Source of the DNA: Octopus sinensis
Taxonomy: Eukaryota
Reading direction: 5' to 3'
NCBI RefSeq assembly: GCF_006345805.1
Contig: NC_043003.1
Span: 104,842,001 to 104,906,000, forward strand
Length of the DNA: 64,000 nucleotides
In this document: piece by piece, positions 38,259-50,664 of the stretch
Numbering within the stretch: the stretch's first letter is position 1
How the letters are laid out: each line of letters opens with the position of its first letter
Position numbers and translations under genes: made by a program
The notes under the pieces: generated by a model
What the model saw: the letters and a program-made list of their open reading frames with translations, nothing else
Database searches by the model: none
Told to the model about the DNA's origin: nothing

Positions 38259-38599
38259 AAACATTAATGAAGTTATTAGTGTTGGCTGGTAGTGATATTC
38301 TTAATTCTAGAGTCAATGAGTAGATTATTTATCTATGTTCTGTATAAATAAGTATAAAAGTTCTCAGATTGAATGATACGTGCGTACTATATGGGGTCAG
38401 AGTTTAGTTAGGTGAAAGTATACCGAATAAGTAAGTAGTTGGGGGTAAAACTAGGAGTTGTTAATCCAATGTCTGAATAGTGGCAGGAGGGAGCAGATGA
38501 TGGAATTTCCAATGTGAGAAGATCATGAAGGGATTAAAGTAGATAATGGAGACTTAAGGTTTATAGTGTTTAAAGGTTTTAGTCAATTTATGCATACAA

Positions 38600-40022
38600 G
38601 TTGGTTTGAATTCCGATCTTTTATTAACTAGCTTGTTTTTATCAGGGAATCTAATGATTTTCAAGAGTTCTAAGGAACATAACTGACAACCAGTTCTATT
38701 ATTTTTATAAATCACTGCCGATCCCACTATGGACTATCTAAGGTTAAAGTTAATATTTTTGTTTTTAAGTTCCCATATCCTACGCGATAAGGAAGTGCTA
38801 TTAGCCTTATGTTTGAGTCTAAAGGACGACTGATTGTTATAGAACCTAGATTTCCAGGCGGATGAACAACCAATGTAGATGAGAGTATTTGATTCCGTAA
38901 TTATTTCACTAGAGTAGACTATGTTCTTTGCTAGGCAGTTTCCACGTAAAGGACATGATGTTGTTGTTACACAATTGCACCAGGTCGTCCATTATTTGCA
39001 CGTGGTGGGTAAATTTTGATAGGGTTGTTATCCTGGCTACTACTAGGGTAGATAGAGACTATGCCTACAATGTCATTATTATTATTGTTATTATCTCTAT
39101 TGGTGCTGTTCAAAGTTTTCCTACGTCTATTCCTTCTACTGTTAGTACTGATGCTAGATCTATTATCCATATCACCATTATTATCAATTATATTGATATT
39201 GTGATTAGTATAATTATTTTTGCAATCATTGTTTGAGGTGGACCAAGTTATTCTATTATTATTAGTAGTAGTAGCTTCATTTAACGTGGCAGTATTATAG
39301 GGTGTGCCACTAATCCGTGTTGGGTCTGGGTTTATCGGTTCATCCGTTACACTGTGATTCAATATAGGAGTAGGGTTATTGGGCCTAACACTGTTGCTAT
39401 CATTATCATTACTGTTATTATTACCATTATCAACGATGTTATTACTATCATGATTATTACTATAGTAATTACTGTTTTTGTTATTATCATTATAGTTATT
39501 GTTACTATTATTAATATAGCCACTGTTGTTATCAATACTAAAGTCATTATTTAGGGAACTACTATCAGTTATCTCTAAGTTGTTAACCAGGTGGTTAGAC
39601 ACCATAGGTGCAGGAATAATAACTTGGTTATTGTTATTAATTTGGTTAATACCATTATTAGTTCTTGGAATTTTGGGGTTTGAGTGATTATTATTGTTTG
39701 CTCTTAATCTAGCTTTTTTAATTCTGGTTTTATTATGCTTAGATATGAGGCATTTCATATTGGGGAGAGTCGAATATGAGATTCTAATAGTTTTAGTGGA
39801 TAGAATTCTGCTATATTTATGAGTGGGTGGAAAGTTATTTGATATAATTGAAAATATTTTCTTGAATAATTTTCTTGTAACTGCTACATTATATGGTATA
39901 ACAACAATATATGGTATAATATACCATATAATGTTTTGATCACTGTTGTAGTTGACAAGATTATTATGTCTGTCTGTCCATCCATCCATCCATATATTCG
40001 TGCCTTCACCCATGTTCAACAT
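38600..40022 (-). mobile_element. Penelope-like element 3' part (thumb, Asn-rich linker, GIY-YIG relic)
   Basis: NIIWYIIPY..NFPPTHKYSRILSTKTIRISYSTLPNMKCLISKHNK; downstream IWELKNKNINFNLR*SI..CQLC. Confidence 0.8.
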
Positions 40023-40769
40023 TCATTACATTCATTTCTATCCTCATTTTAATCCAATTGCCATTCTCCTTTCAGACTTACCTACCCACTCACCCAAATT
40101 TAGAATTTGGAGATGGTTTTTTTCTGATCTTCTTTGAGGGTTTTGACATTTTCTTTCTCACCTTGACCTTTGATCTTGTTAATTTATTTCAAATTTTAAT
40201 GGTTCATTTTATATAAGGTATGAATTTGTTTTTATAGGTGCAGGTGTTGTTGTGTAGTTTAGAAGCTTGCTTTCTATCTGTCTGGTCTCTGGTTTAGTCC
40301 CACTGTGCAGCAGCTTGCGAAAGTGTCTTCTACTAGCTCCAGACTGACCACAGCCTTGTGAATAGATTTGGTAGATGAAACTGAAAGTCTGCCACCTTAT
40401 ATATGTATGCGTATATATATGTGTATATGTATTTGCCATCTTTGAAGGCAGTAATGTAGCTCAGTTTTATTATTGATGGTTGCTGCAACCTGTTGTAGTG
40501 CATGTAGTTTCTTTTGGATGCAGTGCTGGTATTTACAGGTTCCGAGTATGTAAGGAAGGGCTCTTTCAAGTATGATCCATGTAATGTTGGGACAGAGATA
40601 AGACAGGACAGAGCCAGAGTTTTCCTTTTGAAAGAGAGTAAGTGTTGCATAATTCTCCCTTTGAAGTCATCGACTCTTCAGTTCATATAATTTCTTAGGA
40701 TACCTATTTCTTTACTACCCACTAGGGGCCAAACACAGAGAGGACAAACGGATTAAGTCTATTACATCT

Positions 40770-41240
40770 AATGTAATGTTGCTAAATGAGGGAAAATTTG
40801 AACTTCTGCATTTTGCAAAAAGGAACAGTGATAACCTTTCTCTTCCAAAATCCTCAAAACTTTCCAGTCTCTTCATTTGTAGGTCATACTTTTACTCCCT
40901 GTGGTATCCACTCAATAAACAAAACATTATGAGAATTGAGGCACTCCAGACAAGACTTAATTATTGAGATCAGCTCAAAACACTCATTCCCTCTAATGCT
41001 ACTGTGAGTTCCACAATATATTTGCATAATATGGGAAATATACCAAAAGCATTGCCCAAATGATTTTCATGTGAAGTTTAAAAGCCAGATAAGGTTGGGA
41101 CCATATACCACACACCTCATAACACAAATTATACTCACAACACATGATATTATGACACAGTTATTTTCACTTGGCTGACTATCCTTCATTTAACATTGTC
41201 AAAATAGAAAGACCTCAATACCTCCAACAGTACCTGGACA
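40770..41240 (+). mobile_element. CR1/L2-like LINE relic
   Basis: MLLNEGKFELLHF and ..LWYPLNKQNIMRIEALQ resemble the CR1 RT C-terminus; heavily decayed. Confidence 0.4.
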
Positions 41241-41529
41241 CCATAATACATGATTTAAAGCAGGAAGTTATGTAAAGCAGTGATACACTTAGATAGTATT
41301 ATATTAATATATTTAAATATAATAATGATGTTAATGAAGACTTCAATGATGATGATGATAATAATAATCATATTAATGATATCAACAATCACTTAGAAAC
41401 ATTATTAGAGAAAATTTCTAGAATATAGAGTGAAATCAAGATGTCATACATGAATGATTAAGGAATGGGAAGGGAGATGAGTCACCTTTGTTTAACAATT
41501 TCCTATTTTTAGCTTCGTGAGTTATCAAC

Positions 41530-41920
41530 AAGAGCCAGCAGTATCTACTAACAAGACTAAGTAGCTAATTTGTAGCCAGAGTAGGTAGCCAGTTACTTGT
41601 CAAACAAACTAGTCAGCTACTAGTCAGATAGTAATCAGCTATTGTGACCAGGCTTGTTAGTTTGTAGCCAGCTACTAGCCAGACAAATTTAGACAGCTTC
41701 TAGTCGGACAAGGTAGCCAGTCACTAGCCAGAAAAGGTAACTACTCATGAGACATGTAGCCAGATTAGTTAACCAGCTACAAGCCAGACGAGGTAGTCAG
41801 TTTTTATCCAGACAAGTTAGCCAGTGACTGGCCAGACCAAATACATTAACAAGTTTGTAGATAAATTACTTAGCTAGACTAGTAACCAGGTGAGCTACCC
41901 AGCTAGTAACCACATGGTTG
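41530..41920. repeat. Degenerate minisatellite built on TAGCCAG/CTAG
   Basis: Recurrent gtagccag, ctagccagac and agacaag motifs. Confidence 0.55.
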
Positions 41921-42156
41921 GAAAACCATCTGGTCTTTCCAATAATAGGAAGGTGATGGGGTGATCTTCACAATGGTCTTGGCTGATGGCCAGATTTCTA
42001 TGCATGACAACTGTTTTCAACAAAGCACTGGAAGTCAGTCATTTTAGGATACTGAATGAATGCATGCAAAATGTTAACCAGCAATGTCTTCTGTGCTTGG
42101 CAAGCATCTGGGCAGTTGAGTAACTACATGAATGGTATCAAATTATGTTCCTTTAT

Positions 42157-42387
42157 GGCTGTGAGCTGGCAGAAATGTTAGCACGCCGGGCGAAATGCTT
42201 AGCGGTATTTCGTCTGCCGCTACGTTCTGAGTTCAAATTTCGCTGAGGTCGACTTTGCCTTTCATCCTTTCGAGGTCGATTAAATAAGTATCAGTTACGC
42301 ACTGGGGTCGATATAATCGACTTAATTCGTTTGTTTGTCCTTGTTCGTCCCCTCTGTGTTTAGCCCTTTGTGAGTAGTAAAGAAATA
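42157..42387 (+). mobile_element. Family B SINE with a 23-bp TSD, nested in an older SINE
   Basis: ggtatcaaattatgt(t/c)cctttat at 42134-42156 and 42388-42410. Confidence 0.85.
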
Positions 42388-42762
42388 GGTATCAAATTAT
42401 GTCCCTTTATATTCTGAGTTCAATTCCTAGTGAGGTTGCCTTTGTCTTTCATCCTTCTGTGGGTCAGTGGGAGTGGGGAATTAACAGAATTAAGTACCAG
42501 CCAGGTACTGAAGCCATTGGAATCAGTTGTTCCCTCCTGTACCAACATGAGAAATCATTATTCATGTTGTAGCAGAATTATTAAGACATTGAACAAAACA
42601 CCTTTTAGTGTTTGCTTTGATTCCAAAACCTACCCAAGTCAACTTTGTCTTCCCTCCTTTGTGGATCAATAAAATATGGTATCAATGTCAAATACTGGGA
42701 TTGTTATAATCAACTAATCCCCTTCCATCAGATTTGTTGACCTTGTGCCTAAACTAGATACA

Positions 42763-42796
<34 letters not shown>

Positions 42797-42819
42797 TATT
42801 ATTATTATTATTATTTTAT

Positions 42820-43410
42820 CACAGGTTTTGTTAAAACTCCTGGAGTTTTGCATAGCAGTCTTGCTGCCTGCAGCCTACAGTACCATGTTATCTGTTCTTT
42901 TCAGCTATCTAATACTTTCCTGATTATTCTGGCCGTGCCAAGGAGGCAGCCCTTTTGTAACAGTTCTCCTGGGCATTCTATTTCAATTTTGTTAATATTC
43001 CTCTTGATGACTTCTGATACTGTTCCCAAGGACTCATCAATAATTGGCACTATCTTCACCTTCTTCATTTTCCATAGCCAGGCTATTTCATACTGAATAG
43101 GGTTGTATTTATCTATTTTTTGCCTTTCTTCTTGACTATTTGTGGGTCTAAGGGGCGCATGTGGTGCATCTTGTTAACCACCACTAGGTTCAGTCTGTTA
43201 CGCTCTAGCACCTGATCTGTTTGGATTGGGAAATCCCAGAGGATTTTGCTAGTCTCTGACTCTACCACTCTCTGTGGTGTGTGCTCCTACCATGTCTTGC
43301 CTCTCTCTAACATCCGTTTTTCGCACAGTTTCCAATGTAGCACTTCCACTACCTGATTGTGTCATCCCAACTTGTAGTGGTTTTGGGCAAGTCTAGGGCA
43401 TTCATTTGTG
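42820..43410 (-). mobile_element. REL-endonuclease non-LTR retrotransposon 3' relic (copy A)
   Basis: HITNECPRLA..HNQV..LHWKLC..KILWDFPIQTD..; ends in an (AAT)n tail. Confidence 0.7.
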
Positions 43411-44208
43411 ATATGGGCAATTATTATTATTATTGTTCAACATTTGGTACTTTTAGGCAAATTTCTACTGCATCACCTGCTACACCACCATGTTGCTGTC
43501 GTGTGTGCATTATGTGCTCTTTTTCATTGAGAGAGTGCAAATTCTTCTTGGTATTGTATTACATCAGTTTGTTTTGTTGTGGGGTTTGATTGCTGTCTTT
43601 TGTTATATTAGTGCTTGTGTTGTGTGTGTGTGTTGCTCTGTTGGGTATCTAGCCTGCTGTTGGGTGTTTATTTTATTGGATATTTGCTATGTAGAGTGTG
43701 TTTATGGATTGTTTTGTTTGGATTTTATCATTGAATTGCTAATGCCTTGTATAGGATGTGGGCTGTCCCTAGCAGGGCTAATTTTTGGATAGTGTGTAGT
43801 GTTGAGGGTCCAGGTATAGCTTCTATGTTTTTGTCCACATGGTTTTTTATCATGCCCAATGCTCCAGTTATTTATTATTGGTATTATTTTCACCTTCATG
43901 TCCCAATCAAGAATACTTCAATTTTGAGATCTTTGTACTTTGATAGTTTCTTCACTTCTTTTTGGGCAATATTTTGGTCAGATGGGACTGCAATATCTAT
44001 CAGTAAGCAGTTTTTTTTTCCAGTCTTTGATTATTATGTCTGGGAATTAGCTTTTATTTCTTTGTCAGTTTGAACAGGCACATCCAAGATACTTGTGCCT
44101 GGTCGTTGTCATATACCTTGTTTGGCACATGTCTATATCATTTCTTGTCAGTTTTTATGTTGTAATGTTGGCATTAATGTCTGTGTTGGCATGACTTACT
44201 TGGTCATG

Positions 44209-44269
<61 letters not shown>

Positions 44270-44426
44270 TGAAATAGAGAGATGAATAATCTTGTTGCAG
44301 ATTAATCAAAAGTTTAACCGATACCTTGGTAGCAAAAATCACAGCAGAAGACAGCACGGTTGGAGGTACAACCATATGGTGTTGCAACCGTGCGTTGGTG
44401 CGGATAATTGAATTTTAATATTATTT

Positions 44427-44682
44427 GTGAATTGAAGAAATGGAGTTGAACGAAGATTGAACAGAAATCGTTTTTATTTCATTCTACACGTGTTTCGAAA
44501 GGCACAATTTACCAAATTCCGATTGAATAATGAGACCATATTGTGTCTTTCTTTCCTGAAGGGAAAGACACAATATGGTCTCATTATTCAATCGGAATTT
44601 GGTAAATTGTGCCTTTCGAAACACGTGTAGAATGCAATAAAACGATTTCTGTTCAATCTTCGTTCAACTCCATTTCTTCAAT

Positions 44683-44686
<4 letters not shown>
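44427..44686. repeat. ~125-bp-arm palindrome within the insertion 44266-44686
   Basis: 44427-44551 vs 44563-44686, differing by one mismatch and one indel; (TA)n on both sides of the insertion. Confidence 0.9.
44551..44634 (+). ncRNA. Near-complete hammerhead (A9G), followed by AATAAA
   Basis: CUUUC-CUGAAGG-GAAAG(A)CACAAU..AUUGUG(C)CUUUC-GAAA-CACGUG-UA-GAAUG; palindromic stem III ACACGUGU. Confidence 0.6.
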
Positions 44687-44729
<43 letters not shown>

Positions 44730-45004
44730 TCAGATTTGGTAAGGACCGGACAGCTAGAGATGATATGATCAACTATCTCATTGTGGTAGTTGCACATTCT
44801 GCATTTGGTGTTAGGACCTGTTTTCATTATTTTGCTTTTGTAGTTGTTTGCAGTCAGGCACTGGTCTTGTGCAGCGAGAATCAGTCCTTCCATTTCAGCT
44901 TTTCGTTCAGAGCTTTTGAGCCATTGTTGACTTTTACATTGATAATTAAATTTCAATTAAATTTAACATTTGATCACTTGTTTTCTTTATTCAAAATTCG
45001 GACA

Positions 45005-45175
45005 GAACTTATGGGATGACCTGATAATAGACAGAGAACACCACTGGAAAATATGAAACTAAAAGAAGCAGCACATATGTTAGGACACAACAATCTCCTA
45101 AGCAGACCAAGTGCAGATATGAACAGCATATGGGAACCAGTATTAAGGAAAGATAGGATAATATTAAATTTATAA
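45005..45175 (+). mobile_element. PLE GIY-YIG C-terminal relic
   Basis: LWDDLIIDREHHWKI/KLKEAAHMLGHNNLLSRPSADMNSIWEPVLRK, with one frameshift. Confidence 0.6.
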
Positions 45176-45205
45176 ACCCTAAAATTCACTCCATAATTGC
45201 CCACA

Positions 45206-45275
45206 GGCATATGGCATAGTGGTTAAGAGCGCAGGCTACTAACCCCAAGATTCCGAGTTCGATTCCAGGCAGTCA

Positions 45276-45306
<31 letters not shown>

Positions 45307-45430
45307 GAAAAATACCTTAGGAATGAGAACCTAGGTTCAAAATTTCTCCAAGTCACCTGATCAAGGCTGGAGGGTATATCAGCCTTCATCAAACAAGATG
45401 AGGACAAATATCCGTCAAATGTAAATAATG
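45206..45430 (+). mobile_element. tRNA-like Pol III head, (AAT)n and dead hammerhead (SINE/pLTR composite)
   Basis: A box TGGCATAGTGG 45212-22; B box GAGTTCGATTCC 45255-66; CUGAUCA 45357-63 with stem AAGGCUG..CAGCCUU; GAAA and stem III are missing. Confidence 0.6.
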
Positions 45431-46162
45431 TGATAGAGGATTTGTCTACAAGTTCACAAGTTTTCAGTTTAAATCCACTGGAGGTATTTTGTCATGTATT
45501 TGAATAGTTAATTTTTATGGGAACCGTTCTAAGCTGTTGACAATAGTAGTGCTCCAATATGGCCACAGCTTACAAGCTCCAGTATGGTAACAGCTCACAG
45601 GCTGAAACAAGTAAAGGAGTGTAAAAATAAATGTGATAAAGGAGCCAGATAGATTTTTACTGGGAATTTAACCTGCAACACAACCTGCCATTAGCTTGAC
45701 TCACTTCCCATTGATAATATGAAAGCAAATAAGATATTTTATATTCAATGGACCCAGTATTCCATTCCCCTACTTTCTTTTCAGTCTGGAGTGGTGTTTT
45801 TTTTTTTTTTTGGTTCATTGATTTTTAAATATTTGGGAAGTCTGTCATGGTCTGTTTCCCATATCTTTTGCCTGGCTTTCAATCTTGGAACATACTTGTA
45901 ATCAGTGTGTTAGGTGTCACTCCTAAATTTCCTTCCAGAAAGTTGTGACATCCATTATGTGGAAGTTAGAGACCTTTACTTTTGGTGGAAGCCAGAACTG
46001 ATCAAATGATGGATGAAATGCCTTGCATAACCTACTTAGTTATGTTTCTTTATGTTCTGAATTCGCATCTTTTTCAGGTAGTAGGATGAGGTTGATAAAA
46101 TATGTAGTGGTTAGTTCAGGAGGAGAGATTCAATAAAATATACACTGGTCGGTCAAGTATTG

Positions 46163-46475
46163 TTTGTTTTTGTTTGTTCCTTCTCGAGCCATGCCTGGCT
46201 CATATAATGGCCTGTTTCCTGGTTTCTTTGGCGTATAGGTTCCCCACCTGGACGGGACGCCAGTCCGTTGCAGGTGAACTGCAAGATGCAGGAGGAAAGA
46301 GTGAGAGAAAGTTGTGGCAAAAGAGTCAGCAGAAGTTTGCCATTACCTTCTGCCAGAGCTGCGTGGTGTTTAAGTGTTTCGCTCATAAACACACACATTG
46401 CCCGGTCTGAGATTCGAACCCGCGATCTCTTGACCGCGAGTCCGCTGCTCTAACCACTAAGCCATGTGCCTCCAC
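46163..46475 (-). mobile_element. tRNA-derived SINE, family C, with 13-bp TSD
   Basis: A box TGGCTTAGTGG, B box GGTTCGAATCT; TSD cggtcaagtattg at 46150-62 and 46476-88. Confidence 0.9.
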
Positions 46476-47049
46476 CGGTCAAGTATTGAGGTTAATCTAA
46501 TCAATTATACCCTCCTCCAAAAATTCTTTGTGTTTGTGCTGGAAAATATTGCTATATTGGAAGGAATAGAAATGAAAGAATTTAGAACAAAATGCTTTTT
46601 GCATCTTCCTATTCTGATTTTGCCTTCTGCCTACGTTCGATTTTCTCCTTTCTTTACGACCAATCTGAGTGTTTTCAGAAAGTTTCCAGATTATACATAT
46701 TCTTATTGTAGCCTTCAACAGAAATGTGAGCAAGATAGTGAGCATTTGATAGTCAGCTTAATGTTTGTATGCAAAAAGGATTCATGCCATCTACTCAGGT
46801 TTAATTATTATACAAGGCTTTGTAACATGTTAAAATGGTTCACTGATTTTAAGGAAGAAACACCTGCTATTTTTCTTTCAATTTTCATTTATACTTTTGA
46901 TGGATGCCTGCTATTAGTTTCTTCTGCTAGTAGTCATATGCTTGGCTCAAAGCTTAGGCGTGAGTTAATGTCATACACAAATGGTTACCATGAATGACTC
47001 AGGAACCAAACTTAATCTTTGAGACTAATTTTTCCCTCACTGCAAGAGT

Positions 47050-47810
47050 ACAATGGGTTATAAACTCAATCAATGTGACTGCATCAAATTTTGCCTGAAG
47101 TTAGTAATTCTGCTCCCAAGAGGCTGGAAATGTTTTGTCAGGCTTTTAACATACATTCTTTTGATCAAACACAGGATTTACAATGGTCAAGTGTTGTTTC
47201 AAGACTGGCCAAATGTTAGTTCAAGATGATGACTATTCACTAACAAGCACATCATCGTTTTGTGGTTTGTTTGTTTGGCTTGGGTTCAAACCCTATGAAG
47301 TCACATTTGATTTTTGTCTTTTGTCACTCTTGCTTTGATGATATATGCACCAGTAATACCTTGAAATTGACCACCAAGTGACCAAAAACTAGCAAGCATT
47401 TACAAGTAATAAACTAAGCCTGACCACAAAGTCTGACCACAATCACTTGCAGATGATATACTGAGGCTGGCCACAGGTAACCAGTCCACTGGATAATCGG
47501 TCACCAGCAAAATGTCAGAAAATGTTGAAAAAAAAAATTGTTGAACTTAACCATGAGAGTCATCACCTCACAATCCCTGAGTTCTGTCACATGATAGGAC
47601 TCAGTTATGTGGCAATTTACGTGCTCTGTCACAACATAAGAACCAGGTATGTGGCACAACAGCAGTTGTTGAACACCCTTCATATTTGCCTGACATGTCC
47701 TTCTGTAGAAGTTGAAATTAAAGTACACTGCTTCAAGATGGTAGTTGAAATTTAAACTGAATCAGAAGGTGGTATTAGATGGCATTCAGAAAGGGGACTG
47801 CAGTAGTGCT
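47050..47810 (+). mobile_element. Old, deleted mariner relic
   Basis: CIKFCLKL, ENVEKIVEL..HHLTIPE and HPSYLPD fragments. Confidence 0.5.
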
Positions 47811-48855
47811 AAATTCATTGTTTTCAAATTTTTTGTTTAAATATCTTTATTTCAATTGAAACGAGGTTATTTCAACAGAAGTATGTATCAGAGGTTAAAA
47901 CGTAGAATCGTAGATCTTTTTTATCCTTTTAGAACACAACTACGTGTTTGATATATGATACTAACATATGATATATTCAGCTGTCGGCTATTATTACAGT
48001 CACCTAATATTTAAGAAATGTGTTTGTAGCATAAACATTTTGTATGTCTTCTGAACTAACCCATTATTATAGTAGGCTTGGTTAGATTTTTAATAAGGTT
48101 ATAGTATTTCATTTATAATGTTTCTTGATAATGTCTTTCAAGATACTTTTTATATTAATTATTCTTTTGTTTTTCTTTTTTCTTTCTGTTTCTTTTTCTT
48201 TGATTACTATTAATACAGATAGCAGGAGAATTTTTTTGCATTGAGTTAAAACAACATTTCTATCATATATATAAATATGTAGGTTTTAGAAGGTTTCTTT
48301 TAAATAATATAACAAAGTTTTGTCAGTGAACAGGTTGCGGTCTCAAAGCAACGAAAATATTTTGACAAATTAAATTTAAATGTTGAAGTGAATCTAACAG
48401 TTTTTGTGTGTTTCTTAAATGACTTATAAACACCTTCCACGCTGTAATTGTTATATTATATTAGTTTTTTTTTTTAATACTTTGACATGGGATTAATGCT
48501 GCCCATCTTTAATTTACAGATAGAAGAAAATGAATTTTTGTAGGGTTTATAATATTTATTTAATATTTTTAAAAGGAAGTGCTACCTATTGGTGTTCAAT
48601 GAATTCTACTGACTATAATAATAGTTTTAGTCAGGTAAAATTTTAATTGGTTTTAATTAGGTAAAAAAAAAATCCCTGACTTTAGTAATCATAGCATCTA
48701 CATATTGTGAACTTTTAGCTAATTATATTAACAAACCCACTCAATGGGTAGAAGGGATACGAAGGGTGGCAGTATAACATAGATTGGGAAAGTTAGATAA
48801 GCCTCTCATCATCATCATCTTCATCTTTTAACATCCATCTTCTGTGTTGGTATAC

Positions 48856-49267
48856 TCTCTCTTTTACTCTTTTACTTGTTTCAGTCATTTGACTGCAGCC
48901 ATGCTGGAGCACCGCCTTTAGTCGAGCAAATCGACCCCGGGACTTATTCTTTGTAAGCCCAGTACTTATTCTATTGGTCTCTTTTGCCGAAACGCTAAGT
49001 GACGGGGACGTAAACACACCAGCATTGGTTGTCAAGCAATGCTAGGGGGACAAACACAGACACACAAACATATACACACACACTTATATATATATACATA
49101 TATACGACGGACTTCTTTCAGTTTCCGTCTACCAAATCCACTCACAAGGCATTGGTCGGCCCGGGGCTATAGCAGAAGACACTTTCCCAAGATGCCACGC
49201 AGTGGGACTGAACCCGGAGCCATGTGGCTGGTTAGCAAGCTACTTACCACACAGCCACTCCTGCGCC
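48856..49267 (-). mobile_element. Family A SINE
   Basis: Reverse complement of 4286-4680. Confidence 0.85.
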
Positions 49268-49789
49268 TATGGGTTGATAGTTAGTATTTAAGGGTTTGAA
49301 AACTACATTGTGCTCCAGTGTTTACTTTGGAATGGTTTCAACAGCTGAATGCCCTTCCTAATACCATCCAATTTACTTTTTTTTTTGTGTCACTACTTAC
49401 TACAAGTGAGGTTGGCATGCAGCTTGCAAGATTAAGGTCTTTTTCAACCAAGGAAGGGGAACGGGGCTACAGCGAAGAGGAACATGGCTCTATACTTGGA
49501 GAAAAGGGCATAAAGTATGAAAGAAGGAGCCAGAACAGAACAGATTTGTTTTTATGGGGAAGAATAGAAATGCAGTATGCAGGTGTTTCATCTATATGAA
49601 ATACCTGTGTTAAACTGCTCCAACACATGCAAATTCATGTATTTACTTGTTTAAAACTGCTTGAACTAATCAGGTCATATTTGTAAAAAGTAGAAGATAT
49701 ATTAAAAGTTAGGTCAACTCTCAAATATCAGTCATGTTTCAGAAGGCTACTAACTAAAACACTGAAGGGAAAAAGAGATTATATTACAT

Positions 49790-50393
49790 TTGATCAATAA
49801 GTATCTGAACTGTTGCCATAGTAACGAAGCTAAAGCACACACAGTGAAGCCACTTGTCAAAAATTGACCTTCAACTCTGCTGTGCATGCACACTAAGTTT
49901 CAATGTTCTAGCTCACTTCTGCTGTTTACAGCAGTGCTTGGAAGGAAGGTGTGTAGTTTGTGATCATCACGTTGACCATGACAGAGAAAGTTGTCATGGT
50001 GATACCTGCTTAGAGGTTTATGCAAAGTTACAGAAAGTGTATGGAGAGGAGTGTATGAGCTGCACACAAGTGTACGAGTGGTTCAGACATTTCCAAGATG
50101 GCCAGAAATATGTCGATATTGACGAATGTTCTGGCAGACCCACAACAACCAAAGTATCCAGTCATATATGGTCATTAAAAGATAACGGTGTCAGTTATAA
50201 TATCCATTGGAAGATCTTAGCCAAGTGTAAGCCCTACACCAATGGCAGTGGGAAGTGTGGTCTTTGTGATATGGAAAGATGGTTCATTTGGAAAAGCAGC
50301 TTAGACCCCGCCACATGTCTAAATTCAAGAACTGAACTTTTTGGATCATGTCCATGTGTGGCTAAATATTTGTTACATTTTTGGTCCCCCTGA
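49790..50393 (+). mobile_element. Mariner 5' fragment (HTH) joined at ~50150 to a PLE GIY-YIG tail
   Basis: EVYAKLQKVYGEECMSCTQVYEWFRHFQDG..SGRPTT | VSSHIWSLKD..IHWKILAKCKPY..CGLC..LNSRTEL. Confidence 0.75.
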
Positions 50394-50664
50394 GATCACA
50401 GATAGGACTTTCTTTCTATATTATATCCACGTACAAGCTTTTTATCTCTCTATACTTTTTACTTATATTTCTTATATATTTTTTATATATTTTTTTACAT
50501 ATTTATAGAGATATTATTTTATAGGTTTATTGCTCATGTATTTTTTGCACATTTTTTTCTGTATTCTACCTTCCACCCTGCATTTTTCCTGTGCGTATAT
50601 TGTTTGACGTCTGCTTTCCATGCTAGAATATATATATATATATGTTATTTATGTTCCGCATTGA

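Larger units (their letters stand above)
43650..44990 (-). mobile_element. REL-endonuclease LINE relic (copy B), split by a TA-flanked insertion
   Basis: EGLILAAQDQCL..CRMC..VDHIISSCPVLTKSEY|IYRHDQV..ILDVPVQTDKEIKAN..LLIDIAVPSDQNI..KYKDL. Confidence 0.75.

Noticed and set aside
45206-45275. tRNA gene
   Set aside because: Has A and B boxes but no full cloverleaf or T-run terminator; it is a SINE head. The same applies to 46400-46475.
46464-46997. 177-aa ORF
   Set aside because: No recognisable motif, starts inside a SINE, no splice support.
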